Numbered from the stretch's first letter, positions 1-21,520 are shown. The stretch: 64,000 bases of DNA from the human T2T-CHM13v2.0 reference genome, Homo sapiens (GCA_009914755.4 CP086569.2:11488001-11552000), one strand, 5' to 3'. A program made the numbers and translations. Notes: a model not told the origin generated them from the letters alone.

Positions 1-97
1 AGTGAAAAGCAGAATGGTTATATTCTATTCAAAGCTATCACTTTTGCTTCATCATAAAGTAAAAAAAATCATAAATTGAACCATTATAAGTTGTTGA

Positions 98-232
98 CCA
101 TCAGTGTATATGTATGTGTGTGTGTACCTATATAAACATGTATGTTTATATATATATTTGTGTGCGTATATATCCTCGGTGTGTGTGTATGTGTCTGAGA
201 GTGTGTGTGTGTGTATGAAATTGTAGGAAAGT
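98..232. repeat. Compound dinucleotide microsatellite, (TG)n/(TA)n/(GT)n
   Basis: Direct reading: runs of gtgtgtgt, tatatata and tgtgtgtgtgtgt between ~100 and ~230. Confidence 0.85.
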
Positions 233-1559
233 AAAATTTCTTATCTTATAGCTATAGCATGTTAACATGTTGGTACCTATCCTCCTGAGATGTGAAATTT
301 TACATGGATAGATGTGTACATTTACAGTTGTACACAAAGAGAAACATATTCTGTAGGCTCTTTGTTTTTCCACAGTTTCATTCAACACTATCTGGTTTAT
401 ATGGATGACTACATATATAATGCTAGGATGAAGTTTCTTCTCTATAACTGTGAAACTTCCTTGATTATCAACCCTTGGTATATTCTTAGAATAGGATTTT
501 ATTTTAGAATTAAGATCCTTGTTTCAGGACTCTAGACTGTTAACACACAGAGCCAATAATTATTCAGAATGGTTGGGTTAGTTCACATTCCCACAGATGA
601 GACATCAAATGTCCAGGCTGCACAGCCTCATTAACACTAGATTTTCTGGACATTTTATATAGTATTTCATCTTATATAAAAAGTAGAATTCTAATTTAAT
701 TATGGTTGTTAATTTATTTTTATCTTTTTAGTCATTATGAAAATGTTTAACTATATGAAAAGCTAGGAAAGAGTATTATTTTTTAAGGTAGTACTTCAGA
801 AATATGTGTGATACTTAATTTTTAAAAATTAACTCTAAAAGAAACTTGAAATGTCTGTTCAATGAAATAGGTTATAAATACTGGTCACATTAGTGAAAAA
901 TATTTGTTTAAAATTAAAATATCTGCAGCAATCCTGTAGATATTAATAATTTTTAAAGAATGACATCTTCAAAATATAAATGTTCTAAACTTATAATCAG
1001 TTAAATATGTCTCTATTAATACATATAGATACATATATCTAAATAAATTTGAAGACTTCAAATTCCAGGTACAATATAATTTTTTTCTATCCTGTGATTT
1101 GTCATTCAGTATTTTGTAATTTGAACAGAAATATTTTGCCCTAACCACATGTCTGTCTTTTCTCTTACCTAGAAATGTTCTTTTATGCAAAATTGTTTTA
1201 AAGGTCAGTTTGCATGTTTGAAAGCATCTTGTAGAATGTTACACAATATATTGCATATTTGGTTACATTGTTTTAACTGTGTAAATAGGGTTTAAATCTA
1301 TGATGCACTTTAGTGCTGATCATGATGCAAAGCAAATTTATCTGTATAAAATCTTCTGTTAATTTTTTTTATTATTATATTTTAAGTTTTAGGGTACATG
1401 TGCACAACGTGCAGGTTTGTTAGATATGTATACATGGGCCATGTTGGTGTGCTGCACCCATTAACTCGTCATTTAGCATTAGGTATATCTCCTAATGCTA
1501 TCCTTCCCCCCTTCCCCCACTGCACAACTGTCCCCAGTGTGTGATGTTCCCCTTCCTGT

Positions 1560-5400
<3,841 letters not shown>

Positions 5401-5463
5401 TATGATGTTAGCTGGTTATTTTCCTCGTTAGTTGATGCAGTTTCTTCCTAGCCTTGATGGTCT

Positions 5464-6296
5464 TTACAATTTGGCATGTTTTTGCAGTGGCTGGTACCAG
5501 TTGTTCCTTTCCATGTTTAGTACTTCCTTCAGGAGCTCTTTTAGGGCAGGCCTGGTTGTGACAAAATCTCTCAGCATTTGCTTGTCTGTGGAGTATATTA
5601 TTTCTCCTTCACTTATGAAGCTTAGTTTGGCTGGATATGAAATTCTGGGTTGAAAATTCTTTTCTTTAAGAATGTTGAATATTGGCCCCCACTCTCTTCT
5701 GGCTTGTAGAGTTTCTGAGGAGAGATCAGCATTTAGTCTGATGGGCTTCCCTTTGAGGGTAACCTGACCTTTCTCTCTGGCTGCCTTTAAAATTTTTTCA
5801 TTCATTTCAACTTTGGTGAATCTGACAATTATGTGTCTTGGAGTTGCTCTTCTCGAGGAGTATCTTTGTGGCATTCTCTGTATTTCCTGAATTTGTATGT
5901 TGGCCTGCCTTACTAGATTGGGGAAGTTCTCCTGGATAATATCCTGCAGAGTGTTTTCCAACTTGGTTCCATTCTCCCTGTCACTTTTAGATACACCAAT
6001 TAGACATACATTTGGTCGTTTCACATAGTCCCATATTTCTTGGAGGTTTTGTTCATTTCTTCTATTCCTTTTTCCCTAAACTTCTCTTCATGCTTTATTT
6101 CAATCATTTCGTCTTCCATCGCTGATACTGTTTCTTCTAGTTGATCACGTTGGATACCGAGGCTTATGCATTTGTCATGTAGTACTTGTGCCATGGTTTT
6201 CAGCTCCATCTGGTCCTTTAAGGACTTCTCTGCATTTGTTTTTCTAGTTATCCATTCGTCTAATTTTTTTTTCAAAGTTTTTAACTTCTTTGCCAT
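5464..6296 (-). pseudogene. L1 ORF1 (RNA-binding protein) remnant, interrupted by a stop at ~6021-6024
   Basis: Track ORFs 6021..6296(-) and 5464..6024(-) together match the L1 ORF1p coiled-coil, RRM and CTD (…RFTKVEMNEKILKAAREKGQVTLKGKPIRL…ISYPAKLSFISEGEI…). Confidence 0.9.
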
Positions 6297-8858
6297 TGGT
6301 TCAAACTTCTTCCTTTAGTTCGGAGTACTTTGATCTTCTGAAGCCTTCCTCTCTCAACTCATCAAAGTCATACTCCGTCCAGCTTTGTTCCATTGCTGGT
6401 GAGGAGCTGCATTCCTTTGCAGGAGGAGAGGCACTCTGATTTTTAGAGTTTCCAGTTTTTCTGCTCTGTTTTTTCCCATCTTTGTGGTTTTATCTTCCTT
6501 TGGTCCTGGATGATGGTGACATACAGATGGGGTTTTGGTGTGGATGTCCTTTCTGTTTGTTAGTTTTCCTTCTAACAGTCAGGACCCTCAGCTGCAGGTC
6601 TGTTGGAGTTTACTGGAGGTCTACTCCAGACACTATTTGCCTGGGTATCAGCAGCGGTGGCTGCAGAACAATGGATATTGGTGAACTGCAAATGCTGCTG
6701 CCTGATCGTTCCTCTGGAAGTTTTGACTCAGAGGGGTACCCGGCCATGTGAGATGTCAGTCTGCCCCTACTGGGGGCTGCCTCCCAGTTAGGCTACTCAG
6801 GGGTCAGGAACCCACTTGAGGAGGCTGTCTGCCCGTTCTCAGATCTCAAGCTGCATGCTGGGAGAAACACTACTCTCTTCAAAGCTGTCAGACAGGGGCA
6901 TGTAAGTCTGCAGAGGTTATTGCTGTATTTTGTTTGTCTGTGCCCTGACCCCAGAGGTGGAGCCTACAGAGGCAGGCTGGCCTCTTTGAGCTGTTGTGGG
7001 CTCCACCCAGTTTGAACTTCCTGGCTGCTTTGTTTACTTACTCAAGCCTGGGCAATGGCAGGCGCCCCTCCCCCAACCCCACTGTAACTTTGCAGTTTGA
7101 TCTCAGACTGCTGTGCTAGCCAACAGCGAGGCTCTGTGGGTGTAGGATCCTCCAAGCCAGGTACTGGATATAATCTCCTGGTGTGCCATTTGATAAGCCT
7201 GTTGGAAAAGTGCCGTATTAGGGTGGGAGCGACCTGATTTTCCAGGTTCCATCTGTTACCCCTTTCTTTGACTAGGAAAGGGAATTCCCTGACCCATTGT
7301 GCTTCCCAGGTGAGGTGACGCCTTGTCCTGCTTTGGCTCATGCATAGTGAGCTGCACCCACTGTCCAGCACTCCCCAGTGAGATGAACCTGGTACCTCAG
7401 TTGGAAATGCAGATATCACCTGTCTTCTGCATCACTCATGGTGGGAGCTGTAGACTGGAGCTGTTCCTATTCGACCATGTTGCCTCCATCCTCTAATTTT
7501 TAACTTTCAAAAGATTAGATACATTTACCCTTTTCTGAATTTTAATTCCTGATACAAAGATTGTGAAATCTCAAGAGGATAATGAATCAGCTTCTGATTA
7601 TATTCTGGAATTACGATTTGATCACCCATCCAAGAATGCGTATTCACTTTCCTTTACATTACACACATGCATAATACCATGCTGAGTGATGCTGGAAAAA
7701 GTGAGTCTTCAGTAATGCCCTCATAAATTACAGTCTCATTACACCGAGGTATTTTCTTTTTAACCCTTTTTTTCTTTTCTGCTGTGAATATGTGCCTTCT
7801 AAGAGGTGAAAAACTGGGAAAAACTGAAAAAGAACCTTCATCTAATTCAATAACTACCTTTTGTATCTTCTAAGAATTTTTATCTCCAGAAAGCTCTAAT
7901 CTTCATTCCTTTAAAGCTTTATTTCTCTCTCCTTTCCAACATCAGACTTTTCTGTTTGTTTTCTACACCTTTTTTAGAGATGCCTACAATAGAAAAAAAC
8001 TATGACATATTCAATACATCAGAAAAGTTTGCATTGCCCTAGAAAAGAATGAATTATCTGTTTATAAAGAAAAAAACAATAAAAATATGAAGCAAGAAAG
8101 CACAGAAGGTAGTAACCACATTTAGATGTTTATCATGGAATCATCTTTATAATCCATCTGTTACAATTCCACAGAGCAAATTACAAGTAATTGTGAAGTT
8201 TCCCCTCATTTTATAGGTTTGGTCTTATAAGGCATACAACACAAATTTTAATACTTTTCTTTTTGGTATTTGGATCTTAATTTGGTCAAGTGGCCGCTGG
8301 GTAGATGATGGAGCCTCTTGAGACATACAGTCTTCTTCTAGCTTTGTTGATGTGAATATTACTGTGTAGTTTTCATTCACTTATTATTTTACAAGGCATG
8401 CTTCATTAAAAATATGTCAGCATCTCATTGACAAATCACAAAATTTAAAAGGCACAAGAAAAAAGCAATTTATTTGAAACATTCCTGTGTGAAAGTAGTC
8501 ACCACTCTTACTATTCTTCAAATATTTTTATTATATTTAAACACAAGCCTAGTTTTACCTCGAGTGTCTGACCTTGATGATATTGTACACTTTAAACTTG
8601 GAAAAAATTGAACTCTATTGGAAATTTCCTACAGATCAGCTTTTCTAGATGCCAAGCGCCTTGTTTCAGCTGCGGTGATGACAGCAAATTGGGTTCTCAG
8701 GAATTCTGGCCACTGGCATCATCTCAGTTGTTTATAATTGAAGTTGGCTCTGACGAGAACTCAGCTTAGATGCATGGTTGGACTGCTGGGCTTAAGGCTA
8801 GCCTTCCAGGAGGTTGCATTGAGGTGTAACTAGGCAAAGAAAGAAGGAGTTTATTGAG

Positions 8859-9231
8859 GCACTACTGACAATAGCAGACTTGGAACCAACCCAAATGTCC
8901 AACAATGATAGACTGGATTAAGAAAATGTGGCACATATACACCATGGAATACTATGCAGCCATAAAAATGATGAGTTCTTGTCCTTTGTAGGGACATGGA
9001 TGAAGCTGGAAACCATCATTCTCAGCAAACTATCACAAGGGGGAACATCACACACTGGGGCCTGTTGTGGGGTGAGGGGCTAGGGGAGGAAAAGCATTAG
9101 GGGATATACCTAATGAAAATGATGAGTTAATGGGTGCAGCACACCAACATGTCACATGTATACATATGTAATGAACCTGCACGTTGTGTACATGTACCCT
9201 AGAACTTAAAGTATAATAAAAAAAAAAAGAA
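8859..9231 (+). mobile_element. L1 3'-end fragment (ORF2 tail plus 3'UTR) with an internal deletion and poly-A
   Basis: Matches the L1 3' terminus (..cttggaaccaacccaaatgtccaacaatgatagactggattaagaaaatgtggcacatatacaccatggaatactatgcagccataaaaa…gggtgcagcacaccaacatg…cttaaagtataataaaaaaaaaa). The segment between ..tatcacaagg and gggaacatcacacac.. is missing relative to the copy at 18960-19100. Confidence 0.9.
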
Positions 9232-10838
9232 GGAGGTTGGGCAAAATTACCAACAATCTTCATCTATGAATTTTTATGAGTAGGTGCTTCTCACACCATC
9301 AGGCACTCCAAGTTGGAGAAACAAGGGATGTTGAATTGAAAGTTTAATTGTTTAGGCTTGATAGTCAGATTAGGGAAGTTTTGGGTACACCTTTCCCACT
9401 CTAGAGCCCTCTCCCTAACTCAGGGTCAATTTGGGACATGGGCTCAATGGAAAAGAGTGCCAAGATCAATTAGAAATATCCATCATGAACATAGGAGGCA
9501 GGCATTCTGGCCAAGGGGTGCGTCGTCCCACTTTGTAATCCAGAGTGCGATTTCTTCTTGCTCTCTGTCCCTCCATAAATAAGCGTTGGGTGAAGGACAA
9601 GCTAGTTACAACTGAGGATGGAATGAGATTCTAGCAGAATTGCAAAATGAACTGAGAGCCACGAAAGTGTTCCTCTGTGAACAAGCAGAGAGATCTGTGG
9701 AAGGCAAAGGAAGAGGAGCCAAGAGGCCAGATAACATTCCTGCTTCCCCTACATTGTGAGAGTGAAATTATCCGCAAAGTATATCAGTAACTAACCAGAG
9801 GCTTTTTAGAGAGTAAGACTTCTGATAGATACCTTAATAGCTGAAGTTGCTCTTCAGTACTGCACATAACCTGTGGACAGATTTTCATCATTATTAATTC
9901 ATTTATTCAACAGATAGATATTAAATTCAAGCCATAGTTCTAAACTATGCAGTCAATTACAAAAAAATAATGAAGGGCATTAGCTGTGCCTCATAGGATG
10001 TTAAAACTCTAGGTGCTGAATGAGACAAATAGGGTTCCCACATCAAGTGCCTGGGCTCCTGTTATAACCTGGACTGTGCTTCCAATGACTTCTCTTGTTT
10101 CTGTTTTGGTAAACTCATCATTTGGCTTAGTCCCTATCCTTGCCATGCTCACCCACCAGTAGGTGGACCTCCTTGACCATAACTACAGGCATAGATCTTT
10201 CATTGTTTCTTTTCAAATGTTTGCTTACTTTAGAGCCGCAGTCAAATGTTGTTTGGACCATAAGACTCTGAGGGTGTGTGTGGTTGAAACTGTCTTGAGA
10301 CTCAAAGAGCTATTGAGGAAGGGATTTGGTAGCTGAACTCTTTTTAAGTTTTTCTCTGTCTCTCACACATCTGGGGCTGAATAGCTTAACATATTGTTTA
10401 ATTTCTACGTCAATGATAGTTTAATAGGCATTCATGCAAATCAGTTGTGCTGGGAGTTTATTATCCTACTCCAATAGCAAGTAACGCATTCCTTAAATTT
10501 AGTGTACGTATAAATTCTACATGGTAAGTGAAGCTGTCTTTATGAATTGCTGCTATAGAATATACTAGATTGTGTAGGTTTTAGTACAATCCAGGTAATT
10601 ATCAAGCCTTTGTAATATTTTCAGGAAAGTGATCCTTTCACTTCAGTTTATGGAACTTGGAAAGTTTTCAATGGCCACCCACTTGTTAGATCATAAACTT
10701 AATTCTATGTATCTGAATTTATTTTTCTATTTATAAATTTATCTGGATGTTTTCTCAAAGGTTTCCCAGATTAAAAAAACCTATGGCTTTGTAAAATAAA
10801 AACAGAAGTAATAAGAATTGTGTTAAAAAACAGAATCA

Positions 10839-11147
10839 GGCCAAGCATGGTGGCTTATGCCTGTAATGCCAATACTTAGGGAGGATCATTTGAGGTCAGG
10901 AGTTCAAGACCAGCCTGGGCAACCTGGCAAAACCCCACCTGTATTAAAAAAATACACAAATTAGCTGGCGTGGTGGTGAATGCCTTTATTCCTAGCTACT
11001 CAGGAGGCTAAGGCAGGAGAATAGCTTGAACCCCGGAGGCTGAGGTTGCAGTGAGCCAAGATAGAGCCACTGCATTCCAGCCTGGGTGACAGAGTGAGAT
11101 CCTGTCTTAAAAAAAAAAGAAAAAAAGAAAAGAAAAAGAAAGAAAAC
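10839..11147 (+). mobile_element. Alu (AluS/Y-like) with an A-rich/(GAAA)n tail; flanking ~12-bp TSD aaaacagaatca / aaaaccagaatca
   Basis: ggccaagcatggtggcttatgcctgtaatgcc…ggaggctgaggttgcagtgagccaagatagagccactgcattccagcctgggtgacagagtgagatcctgtcttaaaaaaaaaagaaaaaaagaaaagaaaaagaaagaaaa. The near-identical 12-mer occurs immediately before (10827-10838) and after (11144-11156). Confidence 0.9.
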
Positions 11148-11205
11148 CAGAATCATACAATGAGAGAGATTGAATAGCCCTTTTAATTGTCCATAATGGA
11201 TACAT

Positions 11206-11280
11206 TTCTTTTTCTGTGTAATAGTTTATCAGCATGAAAATTTTCTTTTTCTGTGTAATAGTTTATCAGCATGAAAAAAA
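11206..11280. repeat. Tandem duplication of a ~37-bp unit (ctttttctgtgtaatagtttatcagcatgaaaa x2)
   Basis: The string tttctttttctgtgtaatagtttatcagcatgaaaa occurs twice in direct succession. Confidence 0.85.
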
Positions 11281-11301
11281 AGAGTCACTGAACACTGATA
11301 A

Positions 11302-11695
<394 letters not shown>

Positions 11696-14600
11696 TGAAG
11701 CATACTCCTAACACTGGAAAATTTCTTCAGCAGCCAGAATTAATCTGATTTTGAGACTGGAGCAAAGACTAATTTGGTATGTGTTCATTCATATTAGTAA
11801 ATCTCCATGGTGTTCGAACTGTATAATACCAAATCTAAAATAAGTCAAAAGAGTTGAACAATATCTCATCTCTGAGAAAAAATGCATTATTTTCAACAGA
11901 TTTAAGACTGAATTTAAAATCCAACTGCCTATTCTAGTGTATGTTTCTCTAGAATAAGGCCAAGCCCTACAAATTCTGGATAGTGTCCTCCAAGTTGTGT
12001 TTCAGTGATAATTGATAAATCTATGGTTTAGATACATATGGAATTCCATATAACTCTAGCTCCAGCCTTTGTGAGTAAAAATTGGCAGTGATCATGGCCT
12101 TAATGGGGGCATGTCGTTAATTGGAATTTTCGGTACCAAAAGTCGTCTTCTTAGTAGTTTACCAGAGTACCCTATAATAATATCCATAACTCATTGCTCA
12201 CTTGTCTGTTTTGATTTCTTTTTTAAAAAGACAATTTTAAACTTAGAGGATTTGTACCTCAAGTCACATATGTGGCACATTTATAAAATAATCATGACTT
12301 TGCATATTTTTCCTTTGATATCTTAGCTATATATCCAAGCCATTTATGTTTTTTAATTGCCACAAATATTGCACTGAAATAGAGCTCTAGTTGCAAAAAT
12401 GCCTGGTATAACATTTCTTCTTGTTCTTGAAAGTTATTTTAATACCCCATGTTTAAGATATTCCTAGACAACTATATGTAACTATAATTATTTCTGCTAG
12501 GTAGAAACATCTTTGTGGTCAACATTTGTGAAGTTCCTTGTAAATAAAAATATGCTTGAGTAGAAATAGTATTTTGCAAATATTTCCCTAAATAGAGCTA
12601 CTGATTTTACAAAGAATTAAAGACTCCAACCTCTGTCTTTGTCTTTCAAATTAGGTTTATAGGAACATCTCATTACAATGAGCCAAAAGCCTATCTGATC
12701 ATTAATGAGATAATTTTGACACTTCCAAATGACACAGCTAATTTGTAGTAGGTTTTTGAAGTGCAAATTACATGTTTCTGTTTAAATAATGACAGTAAAA
12801 TATGGACACTATCTAGTCACACTCTATATACACAACTACAACATGTCTCTAGAAGAAAAGTTTGATTTTTAAGGTCTCATCCACAAAATGAAGTGTTAAT
12901 AAGCTGTATCTTTATTCTCACTTTTAAGTAATTTCTTCTTAACCATCGTATAACACTACCAAAGTTTGTACGGAGATAAAATAAATCATGGTGAGAAATC
13001 CAGTTCTTTAAAAAATCATTTTACCTTCAATCACTTTTAGGATATATATGGTTTTAGAGTAAGGACAAAAATTTATAAACATTGTTAAATTATGCAACTG
13101 TTTTTGAAGATGTTTCAAAATTACATTTTCCTTATTTTACAACTAGTTTTCTTGTATTCACAAATGAGACACATGAGAATTATTAATGCAAAAGCAAAGC
13201 ATATCAACAAAGTTTATAATGTAAATAGTTTAGTTCGGAAAGAATGTAATGAGTGAATTATCAAAGGTATTTTATTGGTTCCTAGATTTACCATAGAAGA
13301 AAATAAAGCAGCCTTATAAAAATTTCTCAGCACTGAGTCCATTTAAGGTCTATTTTGTATGCTGTAAGTTCTACAAAATGTTATTGCCGGTAAAAATAGG
13401 GTGCCTATCTAAAATTGTCTTTTTAAAGGTTCTCTCTTATTCTTCTTCCCTTCCTATGTGTGCACAGAATACTGTCATCGTCTTGATTGGAACACTGTGT
13501 CTCTTTCTCAGAGGGTATACGTTTGTAGAAGGGAGAAAATATTTGTTAATTTTCTTCCTATAAGATAAGGTCTCAATGGTTGAAGGTCAGTTAACAAACA
13601 TTTTTTTGTCTTCATACTATTATCTTGGAATTACCAACTGGCTTCTATTTAGATTTTGAATAATGAAAGAAAAGAACTAGCATTTGTTAGAACTTACTGT
13701 GTTCCAGAAACTTTATTGATACCATTTCTTCTCATTATCACATTCGTTCTTTCAATTAGTATTATTTTTTTTCATCTTAATAAGGTGGGACCAGAGGTTT
13801 TGTAATATCTACTAACCCACTGTGGATTTCATGGCTTGCAAGAGGAAGAAAGCATGGTGGAACTCAGGTTTCTCTGATTCCAAATTCACGTCCTTTCATG
13901 TCTCCATGAAAAATAGAAAAGATAAGTTGGGCTCTATTCTAACAAGAGAAACACAATTTTCCGTCAGTTAAATGAATAATTCTTAAACCACAAAAATAAA
14001 ACGTAGCAAAACCTCAATTCAAGAGTAGACATAAAGCTTGTGGCATGGGTAGAAGGGAATTATGTCTAGTGACATAGATTTGCTATGCTTATCTGACGAA
14101 AAATCTCCCTCATGATTTTCAAATCAGATGCATAACTGCATTTAATGAGTGTCACGAATCATTAATATCAGTCTCTGAAAACAGGATCATTAAAAATGAT
14201 TAAGATTTTCAACAACAAAGATTTTATCTAAATATTAAGGAAATTATATTAAATGGCTCCATTCCCTGAGCAGTCTAGTTAATAATTCAACTTGTTCAAA
14301 GCTATAAAATATGGCAACTTAAAAAATTATGAAAGTTTTTCTAACATTTTGCTTAAGGTAGTTGGCCATTCTTCCTCTTGGGAATAAGAAGGGCAGATTT
14401 TCTGTCGAAGCATTTTGCTATTGTTATTTCAATTTCCATTTATGGAAAATAGATAAAATAGCAATTTTTTAGTTATAAATTTAAAGTCTAAATGGAGATA
14501 ATTAAGTATCTCCATTAATTAAGTAAAGATTAATTTTTCAAAAAATAACATTTACTAAATTCTAATCAATCGATTGACTATTTTTATCCCTGGCTCAATG

Positions 14601-17189
14601 TAACTCTCTTTGACATACTCTTGTCTTAATTCTAGTTTATGTCAACAATGTGTAATCATAGATGACTCTTTGCCATTTTGATCTCTTAGTTCTATAAACA
14701 CCTTTGATCTAAGGATAATGTTTTCCAACAGAATTATTTCTACTCAAAATTCTGAGATGGAATTTGTGGATTTAGTCTCACCCCAATCAATTTTTCAACT
14801 CTCAGGACACCAGATGGTGTCCTACAATTCAATTCAATCCTGAGACTATCTATCTGGAGATAGCATCAGATCCCACAAGTTCAGGGGTCAGGCCCACAAG
14901 ACTGCCCCCCCACCATTAGAGAGAAGTTGTGGGCCTCCCATACTCCTGACCAACTGGCTATAAATTAGGACTTCCATGGATTCCTTCCCCAGGTTCTATA
15001 ATTTGCTAAGATGGCGCACAGAACCCAAGAAAGCACTTTGCTTACAGTTACTGTCTGATACAAATCAGGAACTGTCAAATAGAAGAGACACATAGGGCCA
15101 GGTATGGTGAAAAGGGGCACAAAGCTGCCATATGACCTCTAAGTATATCATAGTATCACCTTCCCAGCACCTCAGAGGTGATGGAGGAGAGGGCTGACAG
15201 TTTCAACCATCTAGTTATGCCTTCATGTTTCTGGTGTCGAGCACCCACCCTGAAGCTATACAGGTCTCCAGCTACCACTCATGTCATGTCAATAGCATAA
15301 ACTCAGGTATGTCTAAGAGGGACTTATGACTAGTAAAGGATGGTCCTCTCATCTCTATCAGGAAATTTCAAGTTTTAGGAGCTCTGTACTGTGAACCGGG
15401 GAGGAAGACCAAATAGGACATACACTAGACCAGTTGTGCTAACTACTGTGTGCCTCAAAATTGCCTACAGTTGTGTTACAATAAGAGATTGCTGAGACCT
15501 GCTATTGGAATTTCAGATTTGGTAGATCTGGGGGTGTAACCTGAGAATATGCAGTTCTAGTAAGTTCCCAGGTGATGCTGTTGCTGCTAGCACAGGGACC
15601 ACACTTCCAGAGGGACTGAGTGAAGCATCGTCGTTACTTATAGTAGCAACTTCTCTGTAGTCACAATTTCATTCATCCCATTCTCTGAGCTCCTCCTTTA
15701 ATCATTCCCTTTCATACGCTGACATAAAATTTTTCAATCTCTCTGAGACCTCCAAAATATATTTTGTCATATTCATAATGACCCTTACCTACTGATGTAC
15801 TCTGTTTCCTGTTCTCCTGCCTAAATTCCATGGCCAACCATTCCCAGGAAACTTCAACTTCCTTCTTTCTCTTTCACTTTGCTGAACCTAACCAGGAAAA
15901 TAACCCTGGTTACATCCAAATTTCCACCAAATCCCCACATATATTTTAGCAACTAGCTATATGGATCAAATTGAAAAATATCCCACTTGAAACTGAGAAT
16001 CTGAGTGCCGCCTATCAATCAATCATACTACATATGTTCCAATCTATTCACTCTCTAATTTACCTAGTTTTGTATCTTATCCTGTCTCTAATCCCTAACA
16101 CTTCCCCATAAATCCTCAATGTCTTTTTGGTTGTGCTTCCCTGAGAACATTGAATCACCCAAAGACAATTTCCACAGACTCCTGAAACCATTTAAGTTCA
16201 CTTTCCCATGTCTACACCCACATACTCTCTATTTTCACCTATTATTATCTGTGAAATAACTGGCCCCTATCTTTATATTGTCTGATGATGATTTCTATAT
16301 TACAGGTGAAGAAAATGAGAATAGGGTTAGAGCTACTTTCTCATTATAGCATAGCTTAGAATCAAACCCACGCAGTCCACCACTGAAACTGGGGTTCCAA
16401 GTCAGTGTATTTGGAGAAGGAGAGCTAGTAGAAAAACAATGATGAAAAGATCCAGGATGAAGTTTCTGATGGAAGAAAAGGACATTTTTACTATTATGAA
16501 CTCCTTGAAGTAAACCCTAAGCATTCTCATCTAGACAAATATCCATTCATCCACTCCAGTGAGCTGATTAAGTTTTAGGATTTTAAGGGTCAGTGAACAA
16601 TTATTACTCTTTCAGCAATTAAAGAAAGATTAATATGAATATTATATTGGAGAAATTTCATTTAAAACATATTTGACTGATTTTTGGCAATTGTCTTCTA
16701 TCAGATCATTACCAATCCATATGAGTTGGTAGGAAGGGAGAAAACCCAAAACTTAACCAGATGCCTGAAGTTAGGGCATATTTTATAGCCAACCCAGGGG
16801 GGAAAAATGCTCAAAAGGGGAAAGATGAGGACAGAAAATACATTTCAAGGATTTTAACTTTTTGACAAAATGTCAATTATGTGCAAGAAAAACTGATTGT
16901 GTGAATATAACTTTGTCATTTACATCTGCCAATTTATTCAGAAATATATAATCTATAAGTTTTTTTAATAGTAGTTTGTTAACACAAAATTTATTCATCA
17001 AAGTATCTAAAACATTCTAAAAACACTAAAAATTTTCAATTTAAAGATTAAGCTAAACAGCTCTGTATATATAAGTAAGCTCAAACAAACGTGCATGCTC
17101 TCCAACAATAACACTGCTACAGATATTGACTGGTGGTTTTGGTTTCATTTCATTTTATAATGGCAAATCTGGTTAAGACCCAGATTCTG

Positions 17190-19288
<2,099 letters not shown>

Positions 19289-21359
19289 AAAACATATGTC
19301 CACACACACACACAAAAAGAAAAAAAAAAAGGTTCTCAAAGAGGTCAATATGTATATAATCTATTCTTAAAAAAAATTTCTCCAATTGTTTATTGAAATA
19401 TCACACAGGCTCTGCCTTTTTTATACCCTTAAGAAGTAAGTATATTTATGTGTAGCTTTTATAAGTGAAAGCTCAGATTGTCTACTCTGTTCTGGTACCA
19501 CTTTAGTTTAATTATTGGAAAATATTTAATAAAAATGAATTACTCAACAAATGGAAAATTTGAACTTCGCATACTAAATTTTTACTTCATATTATCAACT
19601 CTTGAAAAATAAGTGTGTCTATTAGAAATGACACTCATTTGACTATACCATAATATATTTCAGACTTTTTATCTTCAGCTACAGAATTTCTCTGTCCTTT
19701 GAATTATGTTAGTGGGCATTATTTTGCCAGTATTGGTGATCCACCTCCACTAATTCGCAACTCTATTATCTTACCCCCAGGGATGCATTTCCATAGTTCT
19801 GCCTTGTTATGAGTGTCATTTTTTTTCTTCTGTTTTGTTGACTGCCATTCAAGTAGTTTTGGCTTTATGAGAGATTTTCACTTTATTGTTTATCACCTCC
19901 TCATTTTTTTAGCTTCTCATAATTTACTGTATTATATCTGCCTGGGCTTTTGGTTCCTTTACAGATTTGTTTCATTTTATTTTTAGCTTATGATACTTCT
20001 AAAGTCTGTACCCTTTTAATTTTCACTTGCTTCATCGTCACATTCTTTTGTTTTGTTTTTATTTCAAAATACCAGAAAGTAGGATGTCTCAGCATATTGG
20101 TGAGTGGAATAGTTTATTTATAATCCAAAAAAATCCCATACATTTTGAGAGCTATCTGCTTCTGAGTAAAAATTTTATATATAAATTCTTGAAAAAAACC
20201 TTAAACTTCTGAGGGATTGAATGAGATTTTAAAAATCATTTTATACAACAACAGGTGCAAAATTTGTATTCCTCTACTCAAGAGAAATAATGAACATTTG
20301 TTATTAGTTTACTAACATCTAAAAGTTAATGTATTCAATTATACATTAATAAAACACAGTTAGGCTTAAGAGGTGGAAAAGTGTAAAACAAACAAGTGTA
20401 TAATTTACCTTTATTCATATGAAACATCTTTTTGTCTCCTGAAAATAAAGATTAACCAGTGGTGTGCTGAGGCGGGAGGGGGTGTGTTGGAGGGAGAAAA
20501 GCCATGATTTGCCAATTTCAGCACAAAACTGAAAATGGTTATTAATCTTTACTAGCTCCAGATATCTTTTAACATATATTGAAATATATGACCCTTAAAA
20601 AGAAAACATATATATAGATTTTGACAAAACTTTGCAGTTCCACTCATGGATCCCTGTGTAAGAATCACTTTTCTATGTGTGTTTGCAATTTAAAGAGTTC
20701 AGACTTTATGATTCACAGGTAACAACTAATGATTTAATCTCAACACTTAGGCTTTTATAATATGGGAGTCAGGTGTTTAACTGCTGTAGTAGTAACTACT
20801 TCTTCTCAGAGAAACTTAGTAGCTAAGACCAGGGAAATGTCTCTTGGTGTGCAACACACCTCTTCTTTCTGAACCTAGAGTATAAGAAGCTAACTTTGTC
20901 TCAAAGTTTATATGACTTTTGCATGTGCAGTTACTAGCTATTTTCTTTTGGAACTGTAGGACTTGGAGACCTTTCCCTCTACCCTCTGAGGGTATGATAA
21001 CAGAGTCTATTGAATAAATGGATAACAAGCATGTCAAAAGAAGAAAATGTGTACACATTTATTACACTCATGGGGGAATCATGGAAAGAAAAGTGGAATC
21101 AAAAACAAAACAAAACAAAACAAACAAAACACCACCAAGAAAAAACCCCAGTGAGATTTAGGAGCTTATAAGGAAGGCAGGAGGAAGAATGTAGGAAACT
21201 TAGGGGAGAGCAAATGATTTTTGGGAAAGATGACCAGACCCCTAGGAGAATAGATGATAGTTTGTGGCAGTCTGTCTTGGTGTGGAATGGACTCTTAGTC
21301 TTGTCTCCTGTGATATGAGGAGTCAATTTTCCCTGGCTGATGAAACTCCTAGGAAGGAG

Positions 21360-21520
21360 ATGAATGTCTTTGTGCTGACAAGACAGTATCTTGAAGCTTT
21401 GTTTTCCAATTCAGTTCTAAATCTGCAGTGTATAAAAATCTCCTCATCATGCTTTGGATGTTATGGTAGATAAATGGTATCTTTACAAAGATGCATTCAT
21501 TCTGGTATTGAAAGTTCCTT
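21360..21520. repeat. Copy A of a ~160-bp direct repeat pair (partner at 22097-22262, ~90% identical)
   Basis: ctttgtgctgacaagacagtatcttgaagctttgttttccaattcagttctaaatctgcagtgtataaaaatctcctcatcatgctttggatgttatggtagataaatggtatctttacaaagatgcattcattctggtattgaaagt compared with the near-identical string at 22110-22262. Confidence 0.85.
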